Below, piece after piece: positions 32,530 through 46,041 of a stretch of 64,000 nucleotides of DNA; position 1 is the stretch's first letter, and each line of letters opens with the position of its first letter. The stretch comes from Eledone cirrhosa (Eukaryota). Where the stretch lies: positions 40,858,001 through 40,922,000 of the forward strand of contig OZ024757.1 of the NCBI GenBank assembly GCA_964016885.1, read 5' to 3'. The notes under the pieces were generated by a model that worked only from the letters and a program-made list of their open reading frames with translations, was not told where the DNA came from and made no database searches. Position numbers and translations under genes: made by a program.

Positions 32530-32860
32530 TTAACTCTTTCGTTACCATACTTCTAATAAAATGTTTCTCCCTTTCTCTATAACCTCTTCATTACCATATT
32601 TCTAATGAAAGACACTGCCTATGTCATTAACCCTTTCATTACTATATTTCTAATGAAAGACACTACGTATGTCATTAACCCTTTCATTACCATATTTCGA
32701 ATGAAAAACACAGTCTATGCCTTTAAACCCTTTCCTTAACATATTTCTAATGAAAGACACTGTCTATGTCATTAACCCTTTCATTACCATATTTCTAATG
32801 AAAGACACTGTCTATGTCCTTAACCCTTTCATTACCATATTTCTAATGTAGGACAGTGTC
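32530..32860 (+). repeat. 48 bp minisatellite, about 7 units
   Basis: Unit ttaaccctttcattaccatatttctaatgaaagacactgtctatgtca. Confidence 0.92.
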
Positions 32861-33083
32861 TGAACGCCAGAGGAGAGAGAGAGAACGAGTTTGAGATTGA
32901 GAGATGAAAAATGGAAAGATAATGTGAGAGAAAGAGAGAGCGAATAAAGAGGTGAGAAAGATATAGAGGAAGAAGCCACCCCAGTATATGACTGGTACCA
33001 TTGTCTATCGACCTCCAAAGAATGATGGCCAAATCAGATCTCATTGATATTTAAACCCAGAGAGATTCATATATATATATATA

Positions 33084-33141
<58 letters not shown>

Positions 33142-33514
33142 AGAGAGAGAGAGAGAGGGTATAGAGAAGAAAACTGAAGCGAATAACAGTCACCAAACGT
33201 TCTATCAATCTTTCTAACATATCTGCAAATTTGCCTCATGTCGCTTTTTTTCTTTTTTCTTCTTGATAGCTTTTTTACGTAATATAGAGTTTGACATATT
33301 GATAACAGTGGCAAGTTGAGAAGTGTTTCCCGGAGACATAATAAAATATTCCACCTGGAAATCCTACTCGAAAGTCGAGTGTTGTTGACAGGTGAAATAT
33401 TAGCAGATATATGTAACTACACAAGCGATAAATTAGAATGCCAATACAGAAACATATGTAGGAGAGCTATGACGTTCACATCTGTACGTACACCCACCAC
33501 ACAGACGCCAGGGG

Positions 33515-33558
<44 letters not shown>

Positions 33559-33663
33559 TGATAGTTAATATATATAGAGAGAGAGGGAGCTCATAGTAAA
33601 TTCTTTGTTTTGGAATCTGATGAATAGGAACTTCCCTCTGTAGAAGGTATCATTACACAAACA

Positions 33664-33729
<66 letters not shown>

Positions 33730-33888
33730 AAAACTACAAACCGCCCCATCTCAATTCTACTTTTGAAAAGTTTAGGAATAGTGAAGCCGGTAAAGGAAAC
33801 AAATAAATATTCTTAAAAAGACTCTAGTTGCCTTTTTTTTTATTTCTTTTCCTTATATACATATATACATGCATACACACACACACAC

Positions 33889-34026
33889 ATTCCTGATGAT
33901 TTCTCACGAATGAAACAGTTCTAGTCCTGTAAAATCTCTTCTCTATTAAAACTTTTATACTCTGGTAAGTATTGAGTACCTTACTTACTGCGGTCACCAC
34001 CGATTCAACTCGGAATAACTTACTAG
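33889..34026 (+). mobile_element. Family C element with type I hammerhead motif (33889-33935)
   Basis: attc-CTGATGA-tTTCtcacGAAt-GAAA-CAG..CTG-TA-aaat followed by the family C tail. Confidence 0.75.
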
Positions 34027-34040
34027 ATCTCTCTCCTTCC

Positions 34041-34135
<95 letters not shown>

Positions 34136-34188
34136 TTATATCCATAAACACATACATATATATATATACACATTATATCCATACACAC

Positions 34189-34312
<124 letters not shown>

Positions 34313-34674
34313 TGTTTGTGTAATGATATCTTGTACAGTACTGCATAGAATGTAATATTTTGGCCTTGCGAATTTCCTTGTAATATTTCCTGCCGGATAT
34401 CACAAATATCATTGGTTTTATAGAAAATATCAAGATGTCGTTATGGATGAGTCAAATTTCATCTAAGTTAAGTAATAAGTTATGCCGTAGATTTCAAATA
34501 ATCTATGTGATATTTCAACCATGACAGTTGTCATGTGTTGGGTTTTAAGTGATAAATGCTCTTAATTCATTATATAGAAATATATTATTTAAAGTTATTT
34601 AGATATATGACACAGAAAACAGGCAGAGAGGGAGTGACATCATAGAAACGTACCTCTAATGACGGATGTTTGTA

Positions 34675-34742
<68 letters not shown>

Positions 34743-34813
34743 ATAATAATAAATATGAAGACTAAAATCCAAAGAGGGTTCGATAAGGATAAATATATAT
34801 CAAATATATAAGA

Positions 34814-34845
<32 letters not shown>

Positions 34846-34850
<5 letters not shown>

Positions 34851-35043
34851 AGCAAGTAAGACCCCGACGGCTGAGCTCAAGCCGTTTCGACGGTTAATTC
34901 TGGACGAGTCCAGAATTAGCCGTCGAAACGGCTTGAGCTCAGCCGTCGGGGTCTTACTTGTTCCTATTACCCACTCTACTACCCTAAGTATTGAGTACTT
35001 TGGTGCGTTATGGTCCACCTGGTTCCTTACCACATTTCCTTCG

Positions 35044-35046
<3 letters not shown>
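34846..35046 (+). mobile_element. Palindromic family A element
   Basis: Arms 34846-34905 and 34908-34967. GAAA-CGGCT tgagctc AGCCG-TC-gggg is the hammerhead 3' half, followed by the full tail and (TA)n. Confidence 0.8.
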
Positions 35047-35103
<57 letters not shown>

Positions 35104-35567
35104 CAGAATAATCGAGTATCGAAAAATCGGCGCACGAGTTCACGATAAACAAAATTCGATATGAGCGGCAGAGGGCTCAATAATTTAGATAAATCAGAGC
35201 TATAACTATCGTTAAAATACCGTCACACATAGAACAAGTCTATAATCAACCATACAACCGAAAAATTACGATCTGGAAGATTCGGGACACTCAGATAAAA
35301 AATCAATAAATCAATAAATTAAATGAATGTAAAAAGCATACCCGGACCCGCTAGAAAGATGGTAAATCTAGCTTCGTGGGTTTCTGTAAATCCTTAAACT
35401 GTCCTCTATCAGCTCACATAAAAATATATAAGACTTCTAGGTGCCAGCGGACAGGAGTTTACTTCCTCAACGAGCTTTGTCCAAACGAATGATACAGAAT
35501 AAGGAAATACTCCTGTGAAGAGAATTCCCGTTGAGTTCTTGAATTGAATTACATCAATGCTTTTGCA

Positions 35568-35609
<42 letters not shown>

Positions 35610-35940
35610 ATTAGAATTTTATTTCTCACCCTAGCACAGCTGTTATCTGTTCTATTGAAACCTCTGTATTTTTAGGAATATAGTGGTTTCAAAGAACAGC
35701 TGAAACCACTCTTTTGCGTCTATGCTGTGGGATGAGGTCATAGCTGTTGCTTAATGGTAATCACCGAAATATATATAACATTGACTATGATTAAACACCT
35801 TTAATCTTAACCTCTTGACCTACACGTCTTGTAATAAATATACTCCGGAGTAAACATACCCACCTCCGTACTTCGTCGGGTGCTCTACTCTGCATACTTA
35901 AGTGTCGGTAATTAACCAAGGCCCACTCGAATTAATATTA
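35610..35940 (+). mobile_element. Probable decayed PLE-type short element
   Basis: Hairpin at 35647-35699. Degenerate motif gGATGA-GGT..ACC-GAAA-TATATA-TA-aca at ~35727-35782. Confidence 0.4.
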
Positions 35941-36705
35941 TTATTATTATTATACATATATATATATATTTATATATATATATATATATGGGGAGGGGGG
36001 ATGAGTGTGTGTGTGTGTTTGTGTCTTTGTATATGTGTGCATCTACATCTCTGTGTATTTGTGTGTCAACATATGTATACACCTGTGTGTGTGTGTGAGT
36101 GAGTGTGTGTCTTTGTATGTGTGTTGTGTTTGTGCGTATTTATGTCTTTGTATGTGTGTGTATCTACGTCTCTGTGTATTTGGGTGTCTACATATATAAG
36201 CCCCTGTGATTGTGTGTCTCTGTCTACACATATATACCCCTGTGTGTGTGAGTGCGTGTGTGTTTGTATGTATGTATATCTAAGTCTCTGTCTACACATA
36301 TATACCCTTGTGTGTGTGAGTGCGTGTGTGTTTGTATGTATGTATGTCTAAGTCTCTGTCTACACATATATACCCCTGTGTGTGTGAGTTTGTGTAAAAG
36401 ACCAAAGTCGATGTAATCCCAAATACAGTACTTCTTCTCTAGCCTCCTCATCAACACTCATAAATTCGTGCGAATTTGAGTGAATTTTAATCGGTTTAAT
36501 TAGAAATTTAGTGATGAATCTGACACATTTAGAGTTTAATAGTGAGAAAAAAGAGAGAACTTTCTTGATGGCTTCAGAACAACAAAAAAATCTAGGAAAA
36601 AAACATGAAAAAATAGATAGGGATTTTCTCATTAGTAGTTAGGAACAAAAATACTTGGGCAAAAAAGAGATGAGCTAGTTGTTGCATATTAATGATAACC
36701 TCTAC

Positions 36706-36706
<1 letters not shown>

Positions 36707-36748
<42 letters not shown>

Positions 36749-36830
36749 TTTCATTTATTGGCCACAAGGGCCGACATATAGGGGACAATACAAAAGACTG
36801 GGACAGTGGGGATAAACCATAAATACAGTA
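36707..36830 (-). mobile_element. Probable LINE 3' terminus with AATAAA and (ATT)n tail
   Basis: cccttgtggccAATAAAtgaaatc(att)n on the minus strand. Related stubs at ~42605-42622 and ~51066-51087. Confidence 0.45.
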
Positions 36831-36920
36831 ATAGCAACATAAACAACAACAACAACAACTACACAAATAAGAACATTAACAAGACGAGGAACAACTAAAT
36901 AATAATAATAATAATCTTAG

Positions 36921-36953
<33 letters not shown>

Positions 36954-37514
36954 TTGTTGTTGCCAGTTACTAAGCTTGACTTGGTCGTTTCTTTTTTGAT
37001 TGTTGTTGTGTTTTTATCATTTTAAAATCATGAAAGTTTAGAAAAAAAAACCCCCAGAAAATACATAAATACATTTCTAAATTTATTAAAATATAAAATG
37101 TTTCCCTAATAACAACAACAACAAAAATACATGAAATAATGAAGAATTTACAAGAAAAAACAAAAAACCTAATATACAAGAGTCAATAAATAAATGCAAA
37201 TTTATACAGAATTGAATTTAAAAAAATACACGTGACTTTTAAAATTTCGTTTGACAAGAAAAAAGGTGATTTTGGTTTTTCTTATATTTTTTTTTAAAGT
37301 CCTTTAGTCTTTTTTTTTTTGTTAGTTCTAATCTCAAAAGAATTTTATTTTACCATTTAATTATTTGGAAGTTGGGTGGCAATGACCAGATTAGAATTTA
37401 GGGGGGTTTAGAAGCGTAAAGGGACCATAGTCATAGCACACATTTCAAGGAATAATCTTTTGATAACAAACAGTAAGTATATATATATAAATATATATGT
37501 GTGTGTGTATATAG

Positions 37515-37585
<71 letters not shown>

Positions 37586-37588
<3 letters not shown>

Positions 37589-37830
37589 GTATATTTGGCA
37601 ATATACCGTATGATTAAATAAAAACATTTAGAAGAGCATACGCTATCTGTTTTAAAGTAGTGACTATGTCACTTACTTCTTTTCGGCGAAAGGAGGGAGA
37701 GAAGCTGACAGTCTGTTTCGCGCTGGTTGCCGTTCATCAGAGCCATGTACTCCCCTGCTTTCGCCGAAAATTATAGAAGCTAGATTCTTATAGAATTCCA
37801 GTAATAATCAGGAGTTGATTATACAGAGCG
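37586..37830 (-). mobile_element. Family H short element
   Basis: Collinear homology with 55395-55627. Confidence 0.75.
37680..37770 (-). ncRNA. Type I hammerhead motif with extended stem I, canonical core, decayed stem II
   Basis: TTTTCGGCGAAAG..ggct-CTGATGA-acggcaaccagcgc-GAAA-CAGaCTG-TC-agct..CTTTCGCCGAAAA. Confidence 0.75.
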
Positions 37831-38160
37831 ATTGCCGGTCCATAGTACAAATATTAAATATTTGCTCAACGGATTTATATACACTTTATATATATATATA
37901 TGTGTGTGTGTGTGTAGCAAAAGAATGAAGAATAACATGGTCGGCTGTACGATAAGGTTTATTTACAGTATTAACAATTGTTTAGTCCCTCTTCCTACTA
38001 TATCAACTGTTAACCTAATATATCCCTTCCATATACTGTACCGATTGATTTTATTTCTGTTTAACTTTTACTTTTACATTGTACAACTTTTACACAGGTA
38101 TGGTGTGTGTGTACATTCAGACAGCCACACACGCACACTTATATATATATATATGTACAT

Positions 38161-38225
38161 ATAGGAAAAAGTATGACCCCGACGGCAGAGCTCAAGCCGT
38201 TTCGATGGCTATTTCTGGACTACCA
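38161..38225 (-). mobile_element. Family A inverted-arm fragment
   Basis: taggaaaaagtatgaccccgacggcagagctcaagccgtttcg. Confidence 0.65.
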
Positions 38226-38271
38226 TGTACCATGTACATATATATATATATATATACACACATATATATAC

Positions 38272-38310
<39 letters not shown>

Positions 38311-38315
<5 letters not shown>

Positions 38316-38679
38316 ATGCTTTCGGAGGGTCATGTTGCCAATAAGAAACACACGCACCAGTTGCTTTCACTTCAATTTATTTATTATAAATTAAATTCAT
38401 AAATTTAAGAATTTATAAATTTCCGGTTGGTTGGTTGGTTCCACAACCAGACGATTGTTCATATATTGTCAAAGTCCTTTCGTCACACATTCTGTGGAAC
38501 CAACCAACAACCGGAGTTTTATAAATTCTTAAATTTATAAATTCAATTTATAATAAATTGAAGTGAAAGCAACTGGTGCGTGTGTTTCTTATTGGCAACA
38601 TGACCCTCCCAAAGCATAACAACATCGGTTTCAACACACGTTTTCAGATAAAGAATCTTGCTAAACAAATTCAGAAACG

Positions 38680-38683
<4 letters not shown>
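38311..38683 (+). mobile_element. Palindromic family B element
   Basis: Arms ~38311-38444 and ~38493-38622. The spacer holds a truncated hammerhead 3' half on the minus strand (GTGAC-GAAA-GGAC-TT-tgac). Confidence 0.8.
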
Positions 38684-38761
<78 letters not shown>

Positions 38762-38808
38762 TTGGAAATACCATATAAGTTATATATATATATATAAATA
38801 TAAATAAC

Positions 38809-38844
<36 letters not shown>

Positions 38845-38847
<3 letters not shown>

Positions 38848-39030
38848 CGAAGGAAATGTGGTAAGGAACCAGGTGGACCATAACGCACCAAAGTACTCAA
38901 TACTTGAGGTAGTAGAGTGGGTAATAGGAACCAGTAAGACCCCGACAGCTGAGCTCAAGCCGTTTCGACGGCTAATTCTAGAATTAGCCGTCGAAACGGC
39001 TTGAGCTCAGCTGTCGGGGTCTTACTGGTT

Positions 39031-39034
<4 letters not shown>
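38845..39034 (-). mobile_element. Palindromic family A element
   Basis: Perfect palindrome ~38924-39034 centred on TTCTAGAA, plus the tail on the minus strand. Confidence 0.8.
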
Positions 39035-39071
<37 letters not shown>

Positions 39072-39075
39072 AGAG

Positions 39076-39130
<55 letters not shown>

Positions 39131-39435
39131 CGTCAGTGTTGTAGTACATGTGTGTGTATATTTACACATCTGTGTGTGTGTTCATAAATCCTATTAAACC
39201 AGATAGAGTGAAATATATCTCTATTGCTGCTGACGAAACCTTCCTACCTATATTTCCTCTAAATACTACACACAGCTCACCAACGATATTCACTTACGTT
39301 TATTTATATAATTATATAGCTTATATATTATTCATTGAACATATACTAGAGAGCTGGCTGGAGATTGAAACATAACTCTGTCAAAACACACATTCAATAT
39401 CAAGTATATACCACATCCCCTCCTCTATGTATATA

Positions 39436-39486
<51 letters not shown>

Positions 39487-39600
39487 ATGTATGTGTGTGT
39501 GTGTGGAGAGAGAGAGAGAGGGGTGAGAGGGAGGGAGATGAAAATAGATATGCAGACAAGTAGATATATAGAGAGGCAGATAGTTAAATAGATAGAAAGT

Positions 39601-39682
<82 letters not shown>

Positions 39683-39958
39683 TCTCGACATGTATTGTGC
39701 CTTTTGTTTCTTTTCTTTAGTGTCTGAACGTATCTGCGAAGTCTGTATGATAGAGTTGAGTGGATTGAGGTTGGAGTGAAAGAAACCATGTTTGACATCG
39801 TACGATGTTTATCATTTCTTACCATTCTATCTAAACAACAGCAACCAGATTTACATAACTGTGGTTCTTTACAAAGCTAATAAGTTTGGCATTTTGGCTT
39901 CAGTTCGTATATATTGTTATATACATATCCATATATTTGTATATCTAATATATGATAT

Positions 39959-40058
<100 letters not shown>

Positions 40059-40105
40059 TATGTATATATATATATATATAAATAAACCCACACGCTTATA
40101 CCACA

Positions 40106-40274
40106 TAGAGGGTCGGATGCCATGCTTTCCAGCATAGTTACGTCCCTTAACGATCTGAGTTCAAATCCCGCTGAGGTTGACTTTGCCTTTCATCCTTACG
40201 GGGTCGATAAAATAAAGTACCAGTAATGCACTGAGTAATTGCTGGCCTTGTTCCCAAAAGTAGAAACAATTATT
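40106..40274 (+). mobile_element. Nin-type tRNA SINE
   Basis: Family core and B-box. Confidence 0.88.
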
Positions 40275-40642
40275 ACTTGATATCTACGACAAACTAACCT
40301 ACCGCCATTTTTAGTCTGAATTCAACTGCAATGTCTCTGGTAAAGACCACCAATATGTTATTCCCTGTCTGCCATTTTACATTGGTTTTTCCTTACTAAC
40401 TGTATTCACTAACTCGTCTCATTTATTGACTTTGATTAACAACAAATGATAAAGCACTAAAACCTGAATAGTATATCGATTTCTAATAATGGTACAATGT
40501 TTATACAAAATCAATAAATTAGGTTGTCGATAAATTAATAAAACTAGAAAATGAAATAATTTTAAATATTTGATTTGATAGATATTCCAAGCTGAACGGA
40601 AAATGAAATTCCCCAAAAATACCAAAAACAAAAGAAAAAAGA

Positions 40643-40682
<40 letters not shown>

Positions 40683-40698
40683 TTACATATATATGTAC

Positions 40699-40768
<70 letters not shown>

Positions 40769-41160
40769 TTTTTTTTTCAATCATTAAAACTACATCAATT
40801 AAATTATAACACTGTTATATTTATAATATAGTTTATGTTGTTGATCGGGAAGAGGGGAACGACGTGTCCCCCTGTCTCTTGATTATGTTTTCTGGCGGAT
40901 GTAACAGCAATGACTGTTGCTATTATTTCCGATGCTGCTGTTGGTGATTCTGTGACTAGAGATGGCCGTGTGCTGCCAGAGTTTTGTTGCTGTTGTTCGA
41001 TTTCGTATTATTGATTTTAAAATGTATTTTTGTTGGTAGTTTTTTTTTTTAATGTTGGTGCTTGATATGTCAGCAGATTTCTGTCAACTGGGGATTTTGA
41101 AAAGGGTCAGCTTTGATGAAACCTAATTTTTGAGACATTATGCGCGGACATTGCTGGAGT

Positions 41161-41280
41161 GAAGGCGTGTGGCTGAGTGGTTAGAGAATTGGATTCGCAA
41201 TCGTGAGGTTGTGAGTTCGATTCCTGGACCGGCCGATGAGTTATGTCCTTGAGCAAGACACTTTATTTCACGTTGCTCCT
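41161..41280 (+). mobile_element. tRNA-derived SINE head with V/CORE-like domain
   Basis: A-box TGGCTGAGTGG, B-box GAGTTCGATTC, then gtccttgagcaagacacttt. Confidence 0.8.
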
Positions 41281-41401
41281 TCTACCAGGAGTTGCGACCG
41301 TTAGATAGTATTAGCAATTGGAAAGACCAATGGAAACATTGTTTCCTCGGTCCGATTTGACGAAAGTCGATCGTTCCTATATATTGCTGGAGAAGTCAGC
41401 T

Positions 41402-42458
41402 GGAAGTTATACCCAAGTTTGTGGGAACCAACTCACAGGAGACACTGTAGAAGTTATGCACAAGTTACTATTGTGGGAACTCATGGGAGACACAGTAGAG
41501 GAAGTTATACACAAGTTACTATTGTGGGAACTCATGGGAGACACAGTAGAGGAAGTTATACACAAGTTACTATTGTGGGAACTCATGGGAGACACAGTAG
41601 AGGAAGTTATACACAAGTTACTATTGTGGGAACGCATGGGAGATACAGTAGAGGAAGTTATACACAAGTTACTATTGTGGGAACTCATGGGAGACACAGT
41701 AGAGGAAGTTATACACAAGTTACTATTGTGGGAACTCATTGGAGACACAGTAGAGGAAGTTATACACAAGTTACTATTGTGGGAACTCCTGGGAGACACA
41801 GTAGAGGAAGTTATACACAAGTTACTATTGTGGGAACTCATGGGAGACACAGTAGAAGAAGTTATGCACAAGTTACTATTGTGGGAACTCATGGGAGACA
41901 CAGTAGAGGAAGTTATACACAAGCTACTATTGTGGGAACTCATGGGAGACACAGTAGAGGAAGTTATACACAAGCTACTATTGTAGGAACTCATGCGAGA
42001 CACAGTAGAGGAAGTTATACACAAGCTACTATTGTGGGAACTCATGGGTGACACAGTAGAGGAAGTTATACACAAGTTACTATTGTAGAAACTCATGGGA
42101 GACACAGTAGAGGAAGTTATACACAAGTTACTATTGTGGGAACTCATGGGAGACACAGTAGAGGAAGTTATGCACAAGTTACTATTGTAGAAACTCATGG
42201 GAGACACAGTAGAGGAAGTTATACACAAGTTACTATTGTGGGAACTCATGGGAGACACAGTAGAGGAAGTTATACACAAGCTACTATTGTGGGAACTCAT
42301 GGGAGACACAGTAGAGGAAGTTATACACAAGTTGCTACTGTTGAAACCAACTCATGGTTAGACGCGGTAGAAGAAATTATACACAAGTTACTATTGTGGG
42401 AAACAAATCATGAGACAGTAGAGGATGTTATACAGAAGCTAGTATTGTATGAACCAAC
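41402..42458 (+). repeat. 51 bp minisatellite (~17 homogeneous units plus diverged edge units) derived from RTE LINE coding sequence
   Basis: Unit gaggaagttatacacaagttactattgtgggaactcatgggagacacagta. Confidence 0.95.
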
Positions 42459-43503
42459 GCTCTATCGATTACCTCCAATCCACCGACAGCAAGGTATAAA
42501 TTCATAAGAGTGTTATTATATAAGTGACAAAGATCACACTTACAGAAGACAATGATTTCATTCGATGAAGTATACCGGACAGCATATAACTTAAATTTAT
42601 TACATTATATTGACCACAAGGGATAGAGAGAGAGAGAGAGGTAGAGAGAGAGAGAGAGAGAGGTAGAGAGAGTGAGAAAGGTAGAGGGAGAGAGAGAGGT
42701 ATATAGAGAGAGGAAGAAATGTTAATCCAATGTAAAAATGCCTTTACTTTCAGTTCATTGCCCTTGAAACGGTAATAATGAGGAAATTATAACAGCGAAA
42801 ATAAATGTGTAGAAATATTTTATCGGTCTGGGGCATATAAATGTTTGCGCTTGAATTCGAAATATTTTGAACATAAAAAATATCGGTTACCAAATGACAC
42901 GTGAAAAAGGAAGTAACTATTTATTTATTTATCCATTTATTTGTTTATTTAATTATTTTTATAGTTATTCATCTATTTCTTCGTTTATCTACTTATTAAT
43001 ATAGACGTGTTAAAATTCTCTTTCGTTCGGCGGGTAGCCATTTTTATCTATAAGAATTAATTTATACCGGAGGTTAATTTGTCTGGGCGCCATGTCTTTT
43101 TACATCATTACATTATTCGCACTATTTCCTTTTTCCTTCGAATAAAGCGGAAGTGTTGATGAATAGTATGTCGGGTGATGAGTAGAAATAACTATTGCTC
43201 TTCTATAATTTGTAAGATATCTTTCAGTCTGTCAGATATATTGATTTCTCTGTTCAGAATCCCGTTAACAGACGGAAGAGATATATTACCTTTCCTCTCA
43301 ACTACTTCGCTCCATTCAACTACTACTGCTTATCTCCTCTTGTGTAAGCCGTGTTACGTCCATGATTATACCTTCTCCTCCTCCGTCTGCCTCTATCTAT
43401 CTCTCTCTCTGGACATGGACGCCATACTCGGAAGGAAAACGTATTACGTCAGTTTAGAGTCGGCATACATACTTACATAAACATACATATATATATATAT
43501 ATA

Positions 43504-43765
43504 TAAGTAGAAGGGGTATTTTATTTGTTGGAAGTCCAACAAATATAAATGTTTATAACTGATTTAGAGCACTCAACAGTTTACTGGAGTAAATATTCAA
43601 TGAATTTCCAACCGATAAGGTATGATTTTCATGGGTATGTCTCTATTTATAAAACAAACTTTGTATTTTATCTGATGAAAGCGTAACAATATGTCTTGGT
43701 ACCCTTGAAATATATATAATAAAATAAATATGGTTTTATAAATATAGTTTCCATTTATTTAATAT

Positions 43766-43771
<6 letters not shown>
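43504..43771. mobile_element. Family D element with inverted architecture: tail on -, hammerhead on +
   Basis: 43504-43605 is the reverse complement of the tail at 56938-57040, and 43636-43770 matches 56810-56942. Confidence 0.75.
43664..43726 (+). ncRNA. Type I hammerhead ribozyme motif, canonical core
   Basis: tattttat-CTGATGA-AAGcGTAaCAA..TTGgTACcCTT-GAAA-TATATA-TA-ataaaata. Confidence 0.85.
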
Positions 43772-43815
<44 letters not shown>

Positions 43816-44047
43816 ATACGAACATACATACATATATATATATATATATACATATTATTAATAGTAATAAATGGAAAATATCACTATACCATCATATATA
43901 TGATGCCATCGTGATATTTTCCATGTATTACTGTTAACAATATTATAATGCTCCAGATAAAATAAAGTTACTCGTGGAGTGTTTCATATCTGTTATGAAC
44001 ATAATTCTGTTGAATATTCATCAACAAGGCATATAATATTACTCATT

Positions 44048-44121
<74 letters not shown>

Positions 44122-44224
44122 TATTGAAGTTTCCGTTGAAAATAGAAAAAGTCATAGGAGTGAAGAGTGCTCTATGTAAGTACCAAAGGTAAATTTAATG
44201 TATAATAAACAATACAATATAATT

Positions 44225-44294
44225 ACCTCATTACCAGAGGTTTCCTGAATAAGATGAATACAAGAAACGTCCTCATCCATTCGTCGGACAAGGC
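44225..44294 (-). ncRNA. Type I hammerhead motif in the PLE 3' UTR (CCGACGA core variant)
   Basis: gccttgt-CCGACGA-aTGGATGAG..CTTATTCAg-GAAA-CCtctGG-TA-atgaggt. Confidence 0.7.
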
Positions 44295-44644
44295 AATTAA
44301 AAACCAGCCGTATGAATAAATGAGTACAAATTATTCGCAAGTAAACATACATAAAAGCGGCTGAGAGACAATAGAATATATCTGGAGTTGAAAACGCAAG
44401 TGACAGTGATATCAGGTAGTGAAAGAAAATGGGGAAGTAAAATGTGTGAAATTGTGAAGATATAAGGTATGTGAATCAAAAAACAGGGGTGGGGGAGGGG
44501 GGTCACTGGTGGATGTGAAGTAAAAATAAAGTTAAAAATAAAAATAAAAGTAAATCAGAAAGAGAAGTCTGTAAAGAGGGTAATTTAAGGAAAGTGAAGA
44601 ACAAGAGTTTATAGAGGATAAGTATCTGAAAGTGAGTTAAGTTT

Positions 44645-45391
44645 ATATAAGCTGGAAAGCATGTATGATTTCATGTGTGGGCAACTGGTGAAAATTTCTG
44701 TTTTTTGCATTTAGTCAGGTTTTTGGTGATTTAAGGTTCTGAAAATTCAATATTTTTCACTTATGCAGAGTGCGCATCTTCTTGTTCCTCTTGAATATTC
44801 TTTAGATTGGTTCAAAATTGACCAATCTAATTCATATTGGATACCTTGCTCTTTCAAATCCCATATTCTGCTAGCCAGAGCTGTTGTAAATCTTTTTTCA
44901 GGATGTCGGAAAGATACGACATGTGAGTAATAACGCGTTTTGAATTTGTCTTGTGTCATAACCACATATCGTTCGCTGGTGGCTGGTAGGTTGTTGCTGG
45001 TGGTTGTCACTTTAGCCGCATATACAATGGCTTTGGTGTTGCATTTACCTTGTAATGGGCATTCACTTTTGACTCTACAGGAGCAATTTTGATGTTCTCT
45101 GGGTATTTTCTTATTGGGGATGTAAGATTTAATAGGGGGACCGCAGGAGTAGCTGATTTTGACACAGTTTCTATTGAAGATCTTATAGTCTCTATGTGTT
45201 CTAGGGAAATGTTTATCTAAGAGCTCTAGGAATTGTTTGCCTACATTAGATTTAACTGCTAAAGAGTAGGGGGGTGTGAACCAGATTATTTTTCTTTTCC
45301 TATTATTATGTTTAAAGGAGTTACTATTGTTGGGTATGTACTTAATGGGTTCGCTAAATATGCTATTTTGAAGGGCTTTATTATAGTAGGG
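44645..45391 (-). pseudogene. PLE polyprotein C-terminus (GIY-YIG endonuclease), disrupted
   Basis: RKRKIIWFTPPYS..NVGKQFL..DKHFP..KIFNRNCVKISYSC; CSCRVKSECPLQGKC; AIVY..YVVMT..FKTRYYSH; WSIL..CALCISEKY*; in-frame KTEIFTSCPH after two stops. The ORF-track N-terminus (about MSLNKKGTSLV) comes from the adjacent SINE. Confidence 0.88.
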
Positions 45392-45394
45392 TAC

Positions 45395-45546
45395 TAGACT
45401 GGTACCCTTTTTATTTAGCGACATCGAAAGGATGAAAGGTAAAGTTGACTTTTTGCAGGATTTGAAGTCATAGACCAGATAGACAGAAAGATTACCACAA
45501 AGTAATCTATTTCACGTTCTAGCGACCCTGGCAATTCGCTGCCTTA
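45395..45546 (-). mobile_element. Decayed Nin-type SINE
   Basis: ctggtacc..ttattt..gaaaggatgaaaggtaaagttgac..ggatttgaa. Confidence 0.7.
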
Positions 45547-45660
45547 AGGACTAGCGTACGAAACGTTAAAACCCTCTTCCTAGTATATCAAGCGTTAACC
45601 TAATATATCCCTTCCATATACTGTACCGATTGTGTTGTTATTTCTGTTTACATTTCATAT
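45546..45660 (+). mobile_element. Family I element: hammerhead 3' part and tail
   Basis: aggactagcgtac-GAAACGTT..ctaatatatcccttccatatactgtaccgattg, shared with 58974-59095 and 37985-38075. Confidence 0.7.
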
Positions 45661-45731
<71 letters not shown>

Positions 45732-45937
45732 GATAGAAATAGTTGGTTGGTGAATTAACTGTTGTGGAACTACTACTACCAAACTCCACTACTACGGATA
45801 CAACCCTCCGGTGTTCTACTATTATATGTTTACATATATATACATATATACACACACATACATACATATATATATATGTGTGTGTGTGTGTGTGTTGTGT
45901 ATTTATATATATATATGTATATATATATGTGTATATA

Positions 45938-46041
<104 letters not shown>

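Larger units (their letters stand above)
44119..45393 (-). mobile_element. 5'-truncated Penelope-like retroelement (probably Naiad-type): RT thumb/linker, GIY-YIG endonuclease and 3' UTR with hammerhead, ending in (TA)n
   Basis: ORF motifs listed in the 44645-45391 entry, HHR at 44225-44294, 3' end abuts (TA)n. Confidence 0.88.

Noticed and set aside
35101-35568. Unique 470 bp island between TA tracts
   Set aside because: No ORF, ribozyme motif or internal homolog recognised, so left unannotated.
41161-41235. tRNA gene
   Set aside because: It has A and B boxes but continues into a SINE body and lacks a proper acceptor stem.
41318-42507. 222, 307, 210 and 123 aa repeat ORFs as a protein gene, or the array as a CRISPR
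   Set aside because: It is a head-to-tail 51 bp minisatellite with no unique spacers and no cas genes. Some units contain stops, and the unit derives from a LINE.
44645-44749. In-frame TGA after CISEKY as selenocysteine, since some Naiad PLEs encode Sec
   Set aside because: The TGA is not at a conserved Cys position and is more likely TGG to TGA. A TAA follows in frame, the YIG glycine is also mutated, and I saw no convincing SECIS in the 3' UTR.
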